DNA of 64,000 bases, taken from contig CAVYJM010000006.1 of NCBI GenBank assembly GCA_963768855.1, forward strand, positions 512,001 through 576,000. Direction: 5' to 3'. Shown one piece after another: positions 48,463-58,774 of the stretch (position 1 is the first letter of the stretch; each line of letters begins with the position of its first letter). The position numbers and the translations under genes were made by a program. This DNA comes from an uncultured Thermoplasmata archaeon. Its GTDB lineage: Archaea; Thermoplasmatota; Thermoplasmata; RBG-16-68-12. The notes under the pieces are model-generated. The model was not told where the DNA came from and did not search any database. It saw only the letters and a program-made list of their open reading frames with translations.

Positions 48463-49294
48463 CCTGACGCAGGTCCGTCCGACGTCGACGATCGGCGGCA
48501 TCTTCCGCCCGTTGAGCACGGCGATCAAGGCCACCCTCGTCACCCTGCCCATCGTCAACAAGCTCGTCCCGGGCGGGCGCAAGCCCGTGACCCATCTCTA
48601 CCCCTACCAGAAGGTCGACCTGCCCCAGGCCTTCCGCGGGCAGCACAGCATCGACTGGTACAAGTGCATCGGCTGCGAGCTGTGCGCGAAAGTCTGTCCG
48701 AACGAGTGCATCTACTTCGAGTTCCACGAGGTCGACAAGGACGACCCGTACCTCCATCCGAGCCGCGCGATGCTCGACGAGATGAAGAAGATCATCCGCC
48801 GGCCCGCCGTGGACATCGGTCACTGCCTCTTCTGCGGGAACTGCATGGAGTACTGCCCGACGGACGCCTGGAACTTCACCCAGGAGTTCGAGCACGCAGA
48901 CTACGCGCGTGAGGACCTGTATTATCGCTCCGAGGAGCTCCGGATGCCCGACGCGGTCTCCGACAAGGAGACCGTCCTGATTAACCGGATGGGGGAGCAC
49001 CCGATCGTCGAGGCGGACGTCTGCATCGGGTGCCGCAAGTGCGAGCGCGAATGCCCGACGCGGTGCATCGACATGCTCGACGGCCCGAACGACCGGAAGG
49101 GCAAGCCCATCGTCGTCCCCGAGTTTGACTACACGAAGTGCATCGGCTGCCAGCAGTGCGTCGACGTCTGCCCGGTGGACTGCCTCTACATGGAGGAGAT
49201 CGGCTACAAGGACCTTCAGGGCTTCTACCACATCAACAAGCAGGGCGAGGTCAAGTTGCTCGAGGAGCAGACGGAAGAGGCCTTGGCCAAGTGA
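48437..49294 (+). CDS. nuoI: Complex I-like subunit I with an extra 2x[4Fe-4S] domain
   Basis: THLYP...FRGQH start; four CxxCxxCxxxCP motifs. Confidence 0.88.
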   Translation: MKSPKSDTDLTQVRPTSTIGGIFRPLSTAIKATLVTLPIVNKLVPGGRKPVTHLYPYQKVDLPQAFRGQHSIDWYKCIGCELCAKVCPNECIYFEFHEVDKDDPYLHPSRAMLDEMKKIIRRPAVDIGHCLFCGNCMEYCPTDAWNFTQEFEHADYAREDLYYRSEELRMPDAVSDKETVLINRMGEHPIVEADVCIGCRKCERECPTRCIDMLDGPNDRKGKPIVVPEFDYTKCIGCQQCVDVCPVDCLYMEEIGYKDLQGFYHINKQGEVKLLEEQTEEALAK

Positions 49295-49300
49295 AATCCC

Positions 49301-49318
49301 CGGAATAGGACTATTCCG
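49301..49318. promoter_or_regulatory. Palindrome CGGAATAG-GA-CTATTCCG upstream of the methionine synthase genes
   Basis: Perfect 8-bp arms, about 15 nt upstream of TATA-like CTTTTAT. Confidence 0.5.
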
Positions 49319-49399
49319 TCCGGAATGTGAACCTTTTATCCTGCCCTTCTTTTCGTCCGGCCGAAAGGCTCCGTGTCGGAGAGCCTTTGAGGACGCGCA

Positions 49400-50377
49400 A
49401 TGCCGCAGACGACCGTGGTCGGGACGTATCCCCGGATCGGGGACTCGTACGAGGAGCAGGGGCTGCGACGGACGATCGCCCGCTTCGACAAGGGCGAGGC
49501 GACCGAAGCGGACGTCCAGGCGGCGGAGGGGGAGGTCGTCGAAGCCGTCCTGCGGGAGCAGCAGGCGGCCGGGATCGACATCCTCACGGATGGCCAGGTC
49601 TCCTGGTACGACAGTCAGAGCCACATCGCGCGCCGGCTCTCGGGCGTGGAGATCGGCGGGCTCGTCCGGTACTTCGACACGAATACGTACTACCGACAGC
49701 CGATTGTGACCGGCCCGGTCCGCTGGACCTCGCCCATCCTCGTCGACGAGTGGCGGTTCGCGCAGGAGGCCTCCCGCTCCCCGGTCAAGGCGGTTCTCAC
49801 GGGGCCCGTGACCCTTGCGAACCTGGCGCTTGACCGGCACTACAGGAAGAAACGCGCCCTGGCGCGGGACCTCGCCAGGGCCCTGGCCGAGGAAATCGCC
49901 GCGCTGCGGGCCGCCGGCGTCCGATACCTCCAGGTGGACGAGCCGATCCTGACGCGGCGGCCCGAGGACCTCTCCCTCGTCCGGGAGACGTTCAGTCTGC
50001 TTGCGGCCGCCAAGGGGACCGCGGAACTGTGCCTGGCCACCTACTTCGGGGACGTCGCGAAGATCTACCGCGACCTCGTGAAGCTCCCGGCGGACGTCCT
50101 GGGGTTGGACCTCGTCCAGGGGGCCAAGACGTGGTCCCAGATCGCGACGCACGGCTCGGACAAGCCGCTCGTCCTCGGCGTGGTCGATGCGCGGAACACG
50201 AAGCTGGAGGACCCGAAGGCGGTGGCCGCCCGCGTGCGCGGGATACGGCACTCCGTCGATCTGGAACGCTGCTACCTGTCCCCGTCGAACGGGCTCGAGT
50301 TCCTGCCGCGGGCTGCCGCGCGGGAGAAGCTGGCCCGTCTCGCCCGGACCGCGGAGCTGGTCGGAGGGAACGCATGA
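49400..50377 (+). CDS. Cobalamin-independent methionine synthase, N-terminal half (split MetE)
   Basis: GTYPRIG, DGQVSWYD and FDTNTYYR motifs; lacks Zn ligands (PSNGL). Confidence 0.85.
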   Translation: MPQTTVVGTYPRIGDSYEEQGLRRTIARFDKGEATEADVQAAEGEVVEAVLREQQAAGIDILTDGQVSWYDSQSHIARRLSGVEIGGLVRYFDTNTYYRQPIVTGPVRWTSPILVDEWRFAQEASRSPVKAVLTGPVTLANLALDRHYRKKRALARDLARALAEEIAALRAAGVRYLQVDEPILTRRPEDLSLVRETFSLLAAAKGTAELCLATYFGDVAKIYRDLVKLPADVLGLDLVQGAKTWSQIATHGSDKPLVLGVVDARNTKLEDPKAVAARVRGIRHSVDLERCYLSPSNGLEFLPRAAAREKLARLARTAELVGGNA

Positions 50378-51345
50378 CCGCGCTCCAGACGACCACGGTC
50401 GGCTCCCTCCCCAAGCCCGACTACCTGCTCCACGCCCGCGCCAAGGCGGCCAAGGGCGGCCTCAAGCGCGGGGAACTCCGCGCGCTCGAGGAGAGGGCCA
50501 CGGAGGACTGGATCCGTTTCCAGGAGGACATCGGGATTGACATCCTGGTCGACGGGGAGCAGTACCGCGGGGACATGGCCACGTACTTCGCGGAGAACCT
50601 CGAGGGGATGGAGGTCTCGGGGCTCGTCCGGTCCTACGGGAATCGGTACTACAAGAAGCCCGTCATCGTCGGGGAGCTCGCGCGGGCGAAAGCGATCAGC
50701 GTGGGCTGGTTCCGGTTCGCCCAGAAGCGGACGCAGAAGCCGGTGAAGGGGATGATCACCGGGCCGTACACGATGATGGACTGGTCCTTCGACGAACACT
50801 ACGACTCGCGGGAGGAGGCCGCGTTGGCCTTTGCGCGGCTCCTGCACGAGGAGGCCCGCGATCTCGAGGCGGCGGGGGCCGCGATCATCCAGGTCGATGA
50901 ACCCGCCCTGGCGACGCGGTCCGACGAGCTGCCGCTCGTGGTCAAGGCCGTCGGGATCGTGACCAAAGGTCTCCAGGCGAAGACGATCCTGCACACCTGC
51001 TACGGGAACTATGAGGACATCTACAGCTACTTCAACCGCCTCCCGGTGGACCAGCTCGACCTGGAGATGTCCAACTCGAGCCTGGACCTCCTCGACCGCT
51101 TCCGCCGCGATCCGCTCAAGAAGGAGATCGCGTTCGGCGTGGTCGACGTCCACAGCCACGTCGTCGAGACGAAGGCCCAGGTCGTCGAGCGCATCGAGAA
51201 GGCCCTGCGGATCTTCGACCCTCAGAAGCTCTACATCGATCCGGATTGCGGACTGAAGACCCGGTCGGTCGATGAGGCGAAGGCGAAGCTCGAGGTCATG
51301 GTCCGCGCGGTACACGCCGTGAAGGCGGAACACGGGATCGCGTGA
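50374..51345 (+). CDS. metE: Cobalamin-independent methionine synthase, catalytic half
   Basis: VGSLPKP, DGEQYR, QVDEPA, HTC and PDCGLKTR motifs. Confidence 0.92.
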   Translation: MTALQTTTVGSLPKPDYLLHARAKAAKGGLKRGELRALEERATEDWIRFQEDIGIDILVDGEQYRGDMATYFAENLEGMEVSGLVRSYGNRYYKKPVIVGELARAKAISVGWFRFAQKRTQKPVKGMITGPYTMMDWSFDEHYDSREEAALAFARLLHEEARDLEAAGAAIIQVDEPALATRSDELPLVVKAVGIVTKGLQAKTILHTCYGNYEDIYSYFNRLPVDQLDLEMSNSSLDLLDRFRRDPLKKEIAFGVVDVHSHVVETKAQVVERIEKALRIFDPQKLYIDPDCGLKTRSVDEAKAKLEVMVRAVHAVKAEHGIA

Positions 51346-51403
51346 GGCCCGCGGGCATAGGCTCATAGTCTTCGGATGCCCTAACGGTCGGTGGAGGAAC
51401 GGG

Positions 51404-51859
51404 ATGGAAGGGCCAGTCGACCTCCGGATGCAGCCCTACGCGCCGGCACGCCTGTTCACGATCGACGAGGCGAGCCTGCTCCTGCCGCGGCTCACGGAGA
51501 TCTTCCGACGGATGGACCCCAAGCTAGCTCGACTGCGGGAGATTCAGGACTTGGTCGAGGACGCCGAGGCCTACTGGCACTCCACGGGCGAAGGCATGCC
51601 TCCCGAAGAGCGCTCGGTCCATGACGGCCTGGTGAAGCAGGCGGCCGAGGCCCGGGCGGCCGTCGAGGCAGAGGTCCGCCTGGTCCAGGCAATCGGCTGC
51701 GAGCTCAAGGATCCCCCGCAGGGCCTCGTGGACTTCCCGTCGACGATCGAGGGGAACGTTGCCTATCTCTGCTGGCAGCGGGGGGAAGGCTCCATCGGCT
51801 TCTGGCATACCCTGGAGAGCGGTTTTGCGGGCCGCCGTCCGCTGAAAGCGGGGCCGTAG
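51404..51859 (+). CDS. DUF2203-family protein
   Basis: FTIDEA..LLP...ELKD...GLVDFP...YLCWQRGE..I.FWH..E.GFAGR. Confidence 0.88.
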   Translation: MEGPVDLRMQPYAPARLFTIDEASLLLPRLTEIFRRMDPKLARLREIQDLVEDAEAYWHSTGEGMPPEERSVHDGLVKQAAEARAAVEAEVRLVQAIGCELKDPPQGLVDFPSTIEGNVAYLCWQRGEGSIGFWHTLESGFAGRRPLKAGP

Positions 51860-51912
51860 ACGGAACGTTCATATCCCGCCACCTCGTAAGTCAGGATGCG
51901 CGGGGAACCTCC

Positions 51913-52221
51913 ATGCCGACGAAGGATGAAGTCATCACGGTCCTGAAGAAGTGCTACGACCCCGAGATCCCGATCAACATCTACGACCTGGGGCTCGTGT
52001 ACAACATCGACATCAACGAGGCCAATGGCAAGATCGATGTCAAGATGACCCTGACCGCCCCGGGCTGTCCCGCATCCGCCTACATGGGCGCGGACGTGAA
52101 GCGGAAGATCGAGCAGCTCCCCGGCGTGAAAGAGGCCAGCGTGAACATCGTGTGGGAGCCGCCCTGGACCCCCGAGATGATGTCGGAATCCGCGAAGAAG
52201 CAGTTCGGCTGGGGCCTGTGA
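51913..52221 (+). CDS. DUF59/SufT-like Fe-S assembly protein
   Basis: YDPEIPINIYDLGLVY, TLTAPGCP and VWEPPWTP motifs. Confidence 0.92.
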   Translation: MPTKDEVITVLKKCYDPEIPINIYDLGLVYNIDINEANGKIDVKMTLTAPGCPASAYMGADVKRKIEQLPGVKEASVNIVWEPPWTPEMMSESAKKQFGWGL

Positions 52222-52331
52222 TTTCCTCCATGAAAGCGGGTCCGGCGAACGCCGCTGCAGCGAAGCGCGAAGGTTGATATCCCCTCCAGGGTATCCCAGC
52301 CCACCGTTGGCTCCTCGGGTGGCCCGATCCT

Positions 52332-52850
52332 TTGAGCGTGAAGCGTGCGAGCGAGGCGGATTCCCTGCAGCAGGCGCTCGGCGCGGTGCTCGAAGGTCTC
52401 GCATTCTATGAGCTCGCCCAGGCCGTCTCGGCCGACACGCGCGTGAAGGTGACGTTCGAGGATCTCGGCCGGCGCAAGGCCGCTCAGCTCAAGAGGCTGG
52501 AGCAGGTCGCGGGACCGACGGCCCGGGACGGCGCGTTCTACCCGAGCCTCTATCCTCTCGACGCGGTCTCCAAGGCCGAGTGCTACGTGTGCGGCCACGT
52601 CGTCGAGACGCGGGACATGCCGAACCAGTGCCCCAAGTGCGGCACGGCGCGCTACACGTTCGAGAAGGAGATTGCCCTGACGAAGGCGTGGGAGATCGCC
52701 GCGGAGACGTCGCGCAAGTCGGCGGACCTTTTCCGCGCCCTCGCGGACAAGAGCCAGGGGAAGGCTCGGGACCTGCTCGACGCCCTCTCCAAGGAGGACC
52801 AGGCCCTGGCGGCCGAGGCGGGGAAGGAGCTCACGGAGCTCCGCAGTTGA
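52332..52850 (+). CDS. Ferritin/rubrerythrin-like helical protein with an internal rubredoxin-like CxxC pair
   Basis: Helical halves flanking CYVCG...CPKCG; ExxH motifs absent. Confidence 0.65.
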   Translation: MSVKRASEADSLQQALGAVLEGLAFYELAQAVSADTRVKVTFEDLGRRKAAQLKRLEQVAGPTARDGAFYPSLYPLDAVSKAECYVCGHVVETRDMPNQCPKCGTARYTFEKEIALTKAWEIAAETSRKSADLFRALADKSQGKARDLLDALSKEDQALAAEAGKELTELRS

Positions 52851-52866
52851 TGGGGACGGTGGGTTG

Positions 52867-54030
52867 ATGCCTCGGCTCGCGAAGATGCCTCCCATTGAGG
52901 AACACGTGCACGCGTGCACGATGTGCGGTTACTGCGTCCCCGTCTGCCCTGCGTATCAGGAGGCGGGCTGGGAGGGCGCGTCTCCGCGCGGCCGCGTGTT
53001 CGCCCTCCGCCAGTACGATCTCCGCGGCCCGCTCGACCGCCTGCTCCGCCGGCACGTCACGCCCGGCGAGGACTTCGCCGCGAGCTCCTGGGAGTGCACC
53101 GGGTGCGGCGCCTGTGAGGAGGTCTGCCCCGTCGACATCCCCTTCGACACGCTCTGGGACGACGTGAAGGGCTGGATGGTGGAGTCCGGGCACGGACGGA
53201 AGCAGCTCGAACCGTACCTGCTCAACGTGCAGGAGAGCCACAACATCTACGGGAAGGACCCGAAGGAGCGCGCGGCCTGGCTCCCGCCCGACGCGGTGCA
53301 GTCCGAGTCGCCCGAGGTCGTGTTCTGGGTGGGCTGCGTCGCGAGCTACGAGAAGCAGCAGATCGCCCGCGCGGTGATCAAGATCCTGAACACGGCCAAG
53401 GTGACGTACAGGGTCCTAGGGCCCGAGGAGTGGTGCTCCGGGGCACCGCTGGCCCGGATGGGCTACCGCCAGGAGGTCGAGAAGCGGCTCATGCCTCACA
53501 ACCTCGAGGCCGTCGCCCGCACGGGCGCCAAGGCGCTCGTCACGGCCTGCGCGGAGTGCTACCGCGCGTTCGCCCGGGACTACAAGGGGTGGGGCGGCAA
53601 CGCACCCTTCAGCGTATACCACATCTCCCACTTCCTCGAGAAGCTCGTGAGCGAGAAGCGCATCGCGTTCGCGAAGTCGCTCCCGCAGAAGATCGCCTTC
53701 CACGATGCCTGCCACATGAGCCGCGTGTGCGACGCGTTCGAGCCACCGCGGCAGGCGCTGAAGTTCATCAAGGACCTCAAGGTCCTCGAGATGGTCCCGA
53801 ACCGCGAGGACGCCCTCTGTTCGGGAGGCGGGGGCGGCTTCCCCGACGTGTATCCGGATCAGGCCGCGAACGTCGGCTCGCGCCGGCTCGAGGACGCGGT
53901 CGGGACCGGCGCGACCGCCCTCGTCACGACCTGCCCGCATGCGGAGCGCCACTTCGAGAAGGTGGCGAAGCAGCGCAATATGCAGATCAGCATCGTGGAC
54001 CTGGCCGAGATGGTGGCCCAGGCGCTCTGA
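52867..54030 (+). CDS. Fe-S oxidoreductase with 2x[4Fe-4S] and two CCG domains (GlcF/HdrD-like)
   Basis: CTMCGYCVPVCP, CTGCGACEEVCP, WCSG, TACAEC, HDACH, LCSGGGG and TTCPH motifs. Confidence 0.9.
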   Translation: MPRLAKMPPIEEHVHACTMCGYCVPVCPAYQEAGWEGASPRGRVFALRQYDLRGPLDRLLRRHVTPGEDFAASSWECTGCGACEEVCPVDIPFDTLWDDVKGWMVESGHGRKQLEPYLLNVQESHNIYGKDPKERAAWLPPDAVQSESPEVVFWVGCVASYEKQQIARAVIKILNTAKVTYRVLGPEEWCSGAPLARMGYRQEVEKRLMPHNLEAVARTGAKALVTACAECYRAFARDYKGWGGNAPFSVYHISHFLEKLVSEKRIAFAKSLPQKIAFHDACHMSRVCDAFEPPRQALKFIKDLKVLEMVPNREDALCSGGGGGFPDVYPDQAANVGSRRLEDAVGTGATALVTTCPHAERHFEKVAKQRNMQISIVDLAEMVAQAL

Positions 54031-54069
54031 CAGCCGCGTCGCCGCCGGCCGCTCTCCCGCGTCGCCCTC

Positions 54070-54414
54070 TCAGATCGTGAAGCTCAGACCGCACGAGCAC
54101 GAGTGCTTCGCGTTCGGATTCGTGATCTTGAACTGCCCGCCGAGGAGGTCCTCCTCGTAGTCCAGCGTGGCGCCGTGGAGGTAGACCAGGCTCTTCGGGT
54201 CGACGAAGACCTTCGCATCCTCTGCGGCGATGATCACGTCCGTGGCCCGCGGGGTCTCCGCCAGGTCCATCCGGTACTGCATCCCGCTGCACCCGCCTGC
54301 GATGATCCGCAGACGCAGCGCGGCGTCGGGCCGGCTCTCCTTCTGCCGCAGATACCGGATGCGCCGGACCGCGTTGGAGGTCACGATCACGTTGGAGGAT
54401 TCCTGCGGGGCCAT
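54070..54414 (-). CDS. A-type Fe-S carrier (IscA/ErpA/HesB)
   Basis: [11 protein letters not shown] and [14 protein letters not shown] motifs. Confidence 0.95.
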   Translation of the reverse strand: MAPQESSNVIVTSNAVRRIRYLRQKESRPDAALRLRIIAGGCSGMQYRMDLAETPRATDVIIAAEDAKVFVDPKSLVYLHGATLDYEEDLLGGQFKITNPNAKHSCSCGLSFTI

Positions 54415-54529
54415 CACGGAGCTCGCTTCCCGCGGTTCGAACACCGGGGCACGACTTAAGGCTTCCTCCCGTAATTCCGCCGGAAGACCGGACTCCGGGC
54501 GCGTTTTCGGAGTCGCGACCAAAGGTATA

Positions 54530-54544
54530 TATAACATCGTTATA
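54530..54544. promoter_or_regulatory. Perfect palindrome TATAAC-N3-GTTATA at the sufB TATA box
   Basis: Overlaps GGTATATA at 54524-54531, in the divergent iscA/sufB intergenic region. Confidence 0.65.
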
Positions 54545-54580
54545 CTTGGAGAACTGCTCCCCGTTCCGAGGGGGTGCACC

Positions 54581-56032
<1,452 letters not shown>

Positions 56033-56062
56033 AGGCCGATCCGGTCCCGCGGGAGGCCCGCT

Positions 56063-56851
56063 ATGGCTCTGCTTGAGATCCGTAACCTGCATGCGCGCAT
56101 CGCGAACAAGGACATCCTCCGCGGCATCGACATCACCGTGGAGTCCGGCGAGGTCCACGCGATCATGGGCCCGAACGGCTCCGGCAAGACGACCCTGGCC
56201 CAGGTCCTTGCGGGACGGCCTGGCTACGAGGTGCTCTCCGGGGATATCCTCTTCGAAGGGAAGAATCTCCTCGCCATGAAGCCCGAGGACCGCGCGCGGG
56301 AAGGCATCTTCATGGCGTTCCAGTACCCCGTCGAGATCCCGGGCGTCGGGAACGCGTACTTCCTGAAGGCCGCCGTGAACGCGGTGCGCAAGCACCGCGG
56401 CCTCCCGGAGCTCGATGCGATGGAGTTCCTGAGCCTGATCGAGGACAAGATGAAGCTTCTCGGCCTCGACGATAGCTACATGAAGCGCGGGCTCAACGAG
56501 GGCTTCTCCGGCGGCGAGAAGAAGCGGAACGAGATCTTCCAGATGGCCGTCCTGGAGCCGCGCCTCGCCGTCCTGGACGAGACGGATTCCGGCCTGGACA
56601 TCGACGCGCTCCGCGTCGTCGCGAACGGCGTGAACTCGATGCGGAACAAGGAGCGCGGCATGCTCGTCATCACGCACTATGCGCGCCTGCTCCACTACAT
56701 CGTGCCCGACTACGTCCACGTGCTGGCGGGCGGCCGCATCGTGAAGAGCGGCGGCAAGGAGCTCGCCGAGGAACTCGAGAAGACCGGGTATGCCGGCCTA
56801 GGGATCGAGGAAAGTCCGCATGCGCCGACCCCCGCCGCGGTGGGCCACTGA
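56063..56851 (+). CDS. sufC: Fe-S assembly ATPase SufC
   Basis: GPNGSGKTT, FSGGEKKRNE and DETDSGLD motifs. Confidence 0.97.
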   Translation: MALLEIRNLHARIANKDILRGIDITVESGEVHAIMGPNGSGKTTLAQVLAGRPGYEVLSGDILFEGKNLLAMKPEDRAREGIFMAFQYPVEIPGVGNAYFLKAAVNAVRKHRGLPELDAMEFLSLIEDKMKLLGLDDSYMKRGLNEGFSGGEKKRNEIFQMAVLEPRLAVLDETDSGLDIDALRVVANGVNSMRNKERGMLVITHYARLLHYIVPDYVHVLAGGRIVKSGGKELAEELEKTGYAGLGIEESPHAPTPAAVGH

Positions 56852-56867
56852 GCCCGGAGGCGCTACC

Positions 56868-58214
56868 GTGGCCGTGACCGTGAGCCTGACAGACCCGTAC
56901 GTCGCGGAGTTCCAGTCCTTCGCGAAGGCGTCGGATGCGACGGAGCCCGAGTGGCTCCGCAAGCTTCGCAGGGCGGCGATCACGAGCTTCGAGAAGACGG
57001 GATTCCCGACCCTCAAGAACGAGGACTGGAAGCACACGAACCTCGCTCCGGTCGCCCGCACCCCCTTCCGCTTCGAACCCCGGGCCGAGCCGGCCCGGAT
57101 CCCGGGCGACCTCATCGAGGCCTACACCTTCGGCGTCCTGAAGTGCAGCCAGCTCGTGTTCGTGAACGGGAATTTCGCGCCCAAGCTGTCATACCTCCGC
57201 TGGCTTCCCGAGGGCGTTCGGGTGCGGAGCCTCCAGGAGATCCTCCACTTCGATTCCTCGGCGCTCGAGCGGGAGCTGGGGAAGCACGCGGCGTTCGACA
57301 AGAACCCCTTCACGGCGCTCAACACGGCCTTCCTGCAGGACGGCGCATTCGTCCACGTCCCGCGAGGCCGGATCGTGGAAGAGCCCATCCATCTCCTGTA
57401 CGTGTCCACGTCCCGGGATCCCGCGGCGGTCTCGTACCCGCGCAACCTGGTTGTGATGGAGGACGAGAGCCAGGCCACGGTCATCGAATCCTACGTGGGG
57501 CTGGACAAGGGAGCCTACTTCACGAACGCGGTCACGGAGATTCGCGTGGGGAACGGCGCCCTGGTCGACCACTACAAGATCCAGCGGGAGAGCGAGGCAG
57601 CCTACCACTTCTCCAACACGGGCGTCCTCCAGGGTCGCGGGAGCACGATGACCTCGACCTCCTTCAACCTCGGAGGCGGCCTCGTCCGGAACGACACGAG
57701 CGCCCTCTTCTCCGACCAGGGCGGGAACCTCGCGCTGAACGGACTCTATTTCCTGCACGGCGCGCAGCACTGCGACAACCACACCTTCATCGATCACGCC
57801 ACGCCGAACTGCACGAGCCTCGAGATGTTCAAGGGGATCCTCGACGGGCGGTCGCGGGGCATCTTCTACGGGAAGGTCCTGGTCCGGAGGGACGCGCAGA
57901 AGACGAACGCCCGCCAGACGAACAAGAACCTGCTCCTCTCGCGGGAGGCCTTCGCGGACTCCACCCCCGGCCTCGAGATCCTCGCGGACGACGTGAAGTG
58001 CGCCCACGGCTCCACGGTCGGGCAGCTTGACGAGAACGCGATCTTCTACCTGCGGTCCCGCGGCATCGACGAGGAGGGGGCCCGTACCCTCCTGACGTAC
58101 GCGTTCGCGGCAGAGATCATCAACCAGGTCAAGGTCGCGTCCATGCGGATCAAGCTCGACCAGCTCGTGCTCTCCCGGCTCCCCGGCAGCGACGTGATCC
58201 AAGAGGCCTTATGA
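56868..58214 (+). CDS. sufD: Fe-S assembly protein SufD
   Basis: ADDVKCAHGSTVGQLD...FYLRSRGI; beta-helix repeats. Confidence 0.95.
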   Translation: MAVTVSLTDPYVAEFQSFAKASDATEPEWLRKLRRAAITSFEKTGFPTLKNEDWKHTNLAPVARTPFRFEPRAEPARIPGDLIEAYTFGVLKCSQLVFVNGNFAPKLSYLRWLPEGVRVRSLQEILHFDSSALERELGKHAAFDKNPFTALNTAFLQDGAFVHVPRGRIVEEPIHLLYVSTSRDPAAVSYPRNLVVMEDESQATVIESYVGLDKGAYFTNAVTEIRVGNGALVDHYKIQRESEAAYHFSNTGVLQGRGSTMTSTSFNLGGGLVRNDTSALFSDQGGNLALNGLYFLHGAQHCDNHTFIDHATPNCTSLEMFKGILDGRSRGIFYGKVLVRRDAQKTNARQTNKNLLLSREAFADSTPGLEILADDVKCAHGSTVGQLDENAIFYLRSRGIDEEGARTLLTYAFAAEIINQVKVASMRIKLDQLVLSRLPGSDVIQEAL

Positions 58215-58270
58215 GCCCCCGTTCCCTGCCGGTGCCGTCGGACGCATACCTCACCCCGGAGGAGGCCTGA
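58211..58270 (+). other. 19-codon micro-ORF bridging sufD and sufU
   Basis: MSPRSLPVPSDAYLTPEEA; ATGA overlap with the sufD stop and TGATG overlap with the sufU start. Confidence 0.45.
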
Positions 58271-58722
58271 TGCCGGACCTGCGAGAGCTCTACCAGGAAG
58301 TGATCCTGGACCACACGAAGAACCCGCGGAACTTCCACGCGCTCGCGGAGGCGACCGCGAAGGCGGTGGGCAACAACCCCCTCTGCGGGGACCGCGTGAC
58401 CGTCTACCTGAAGATGGAGGGAGACCGGATCGTCGATGCGAGCTTCGAGGGCCAAGGCTGCGCGATCTCCAAGTCGTCCGCCTCCCTGATGACCGAAGCG
58501 GTCAAGGGCCACACGAGGCCCGAGGCGGAGGCTCTGTATGACAAGTTCCACGAGATGATCACGGGCAAGCCGGAAGGCTCGGTCGGCCCCGAGGCGCTCG
58601 GCAAGCTCGCCGTGTTCCAGGGCGTGAGCGAGTTTCCCCTCCGGGTCAAGTGCGCGAGCCTCGCGTGGCACACGCTCCGGTCCGCGCTCGAATCGAAGGA
58701 GGGCGTCGTCACCCTCGAATGA
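58270..58722 (+). CDS. sufU: SufU (long type, with insertion)
   Basis: YQEVILDH, NPLCGD, GCAISKSSAS and RVKCA motifs. Confidence 0.93.
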   Translation: MPDLRELYQEVILDHTKNPRNFHALAEATAKAVGNNPLCGDRVTVYLKMEGDRIVDASFEGQGCAISKSSASLMTEAVKGHTRPEAEALYDKFHEMITGKPEGSVGPEALGKLAVFQGVSEFPLRVKCASLAWHTLRSALESKEGVVTLE

Positions 58723-58774
58723 ACACGACATCAAGGTTCAAGTAGGCAGGGTCGCATCGAGACGGGTTGAGTCC

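Noticed and set aside
52867-54030. HdrD as evidence of methanogenesis
   Set aside because: CCG proteins are widespread; no mcr/mtr/hdrABC here, and the context looks respiratory.
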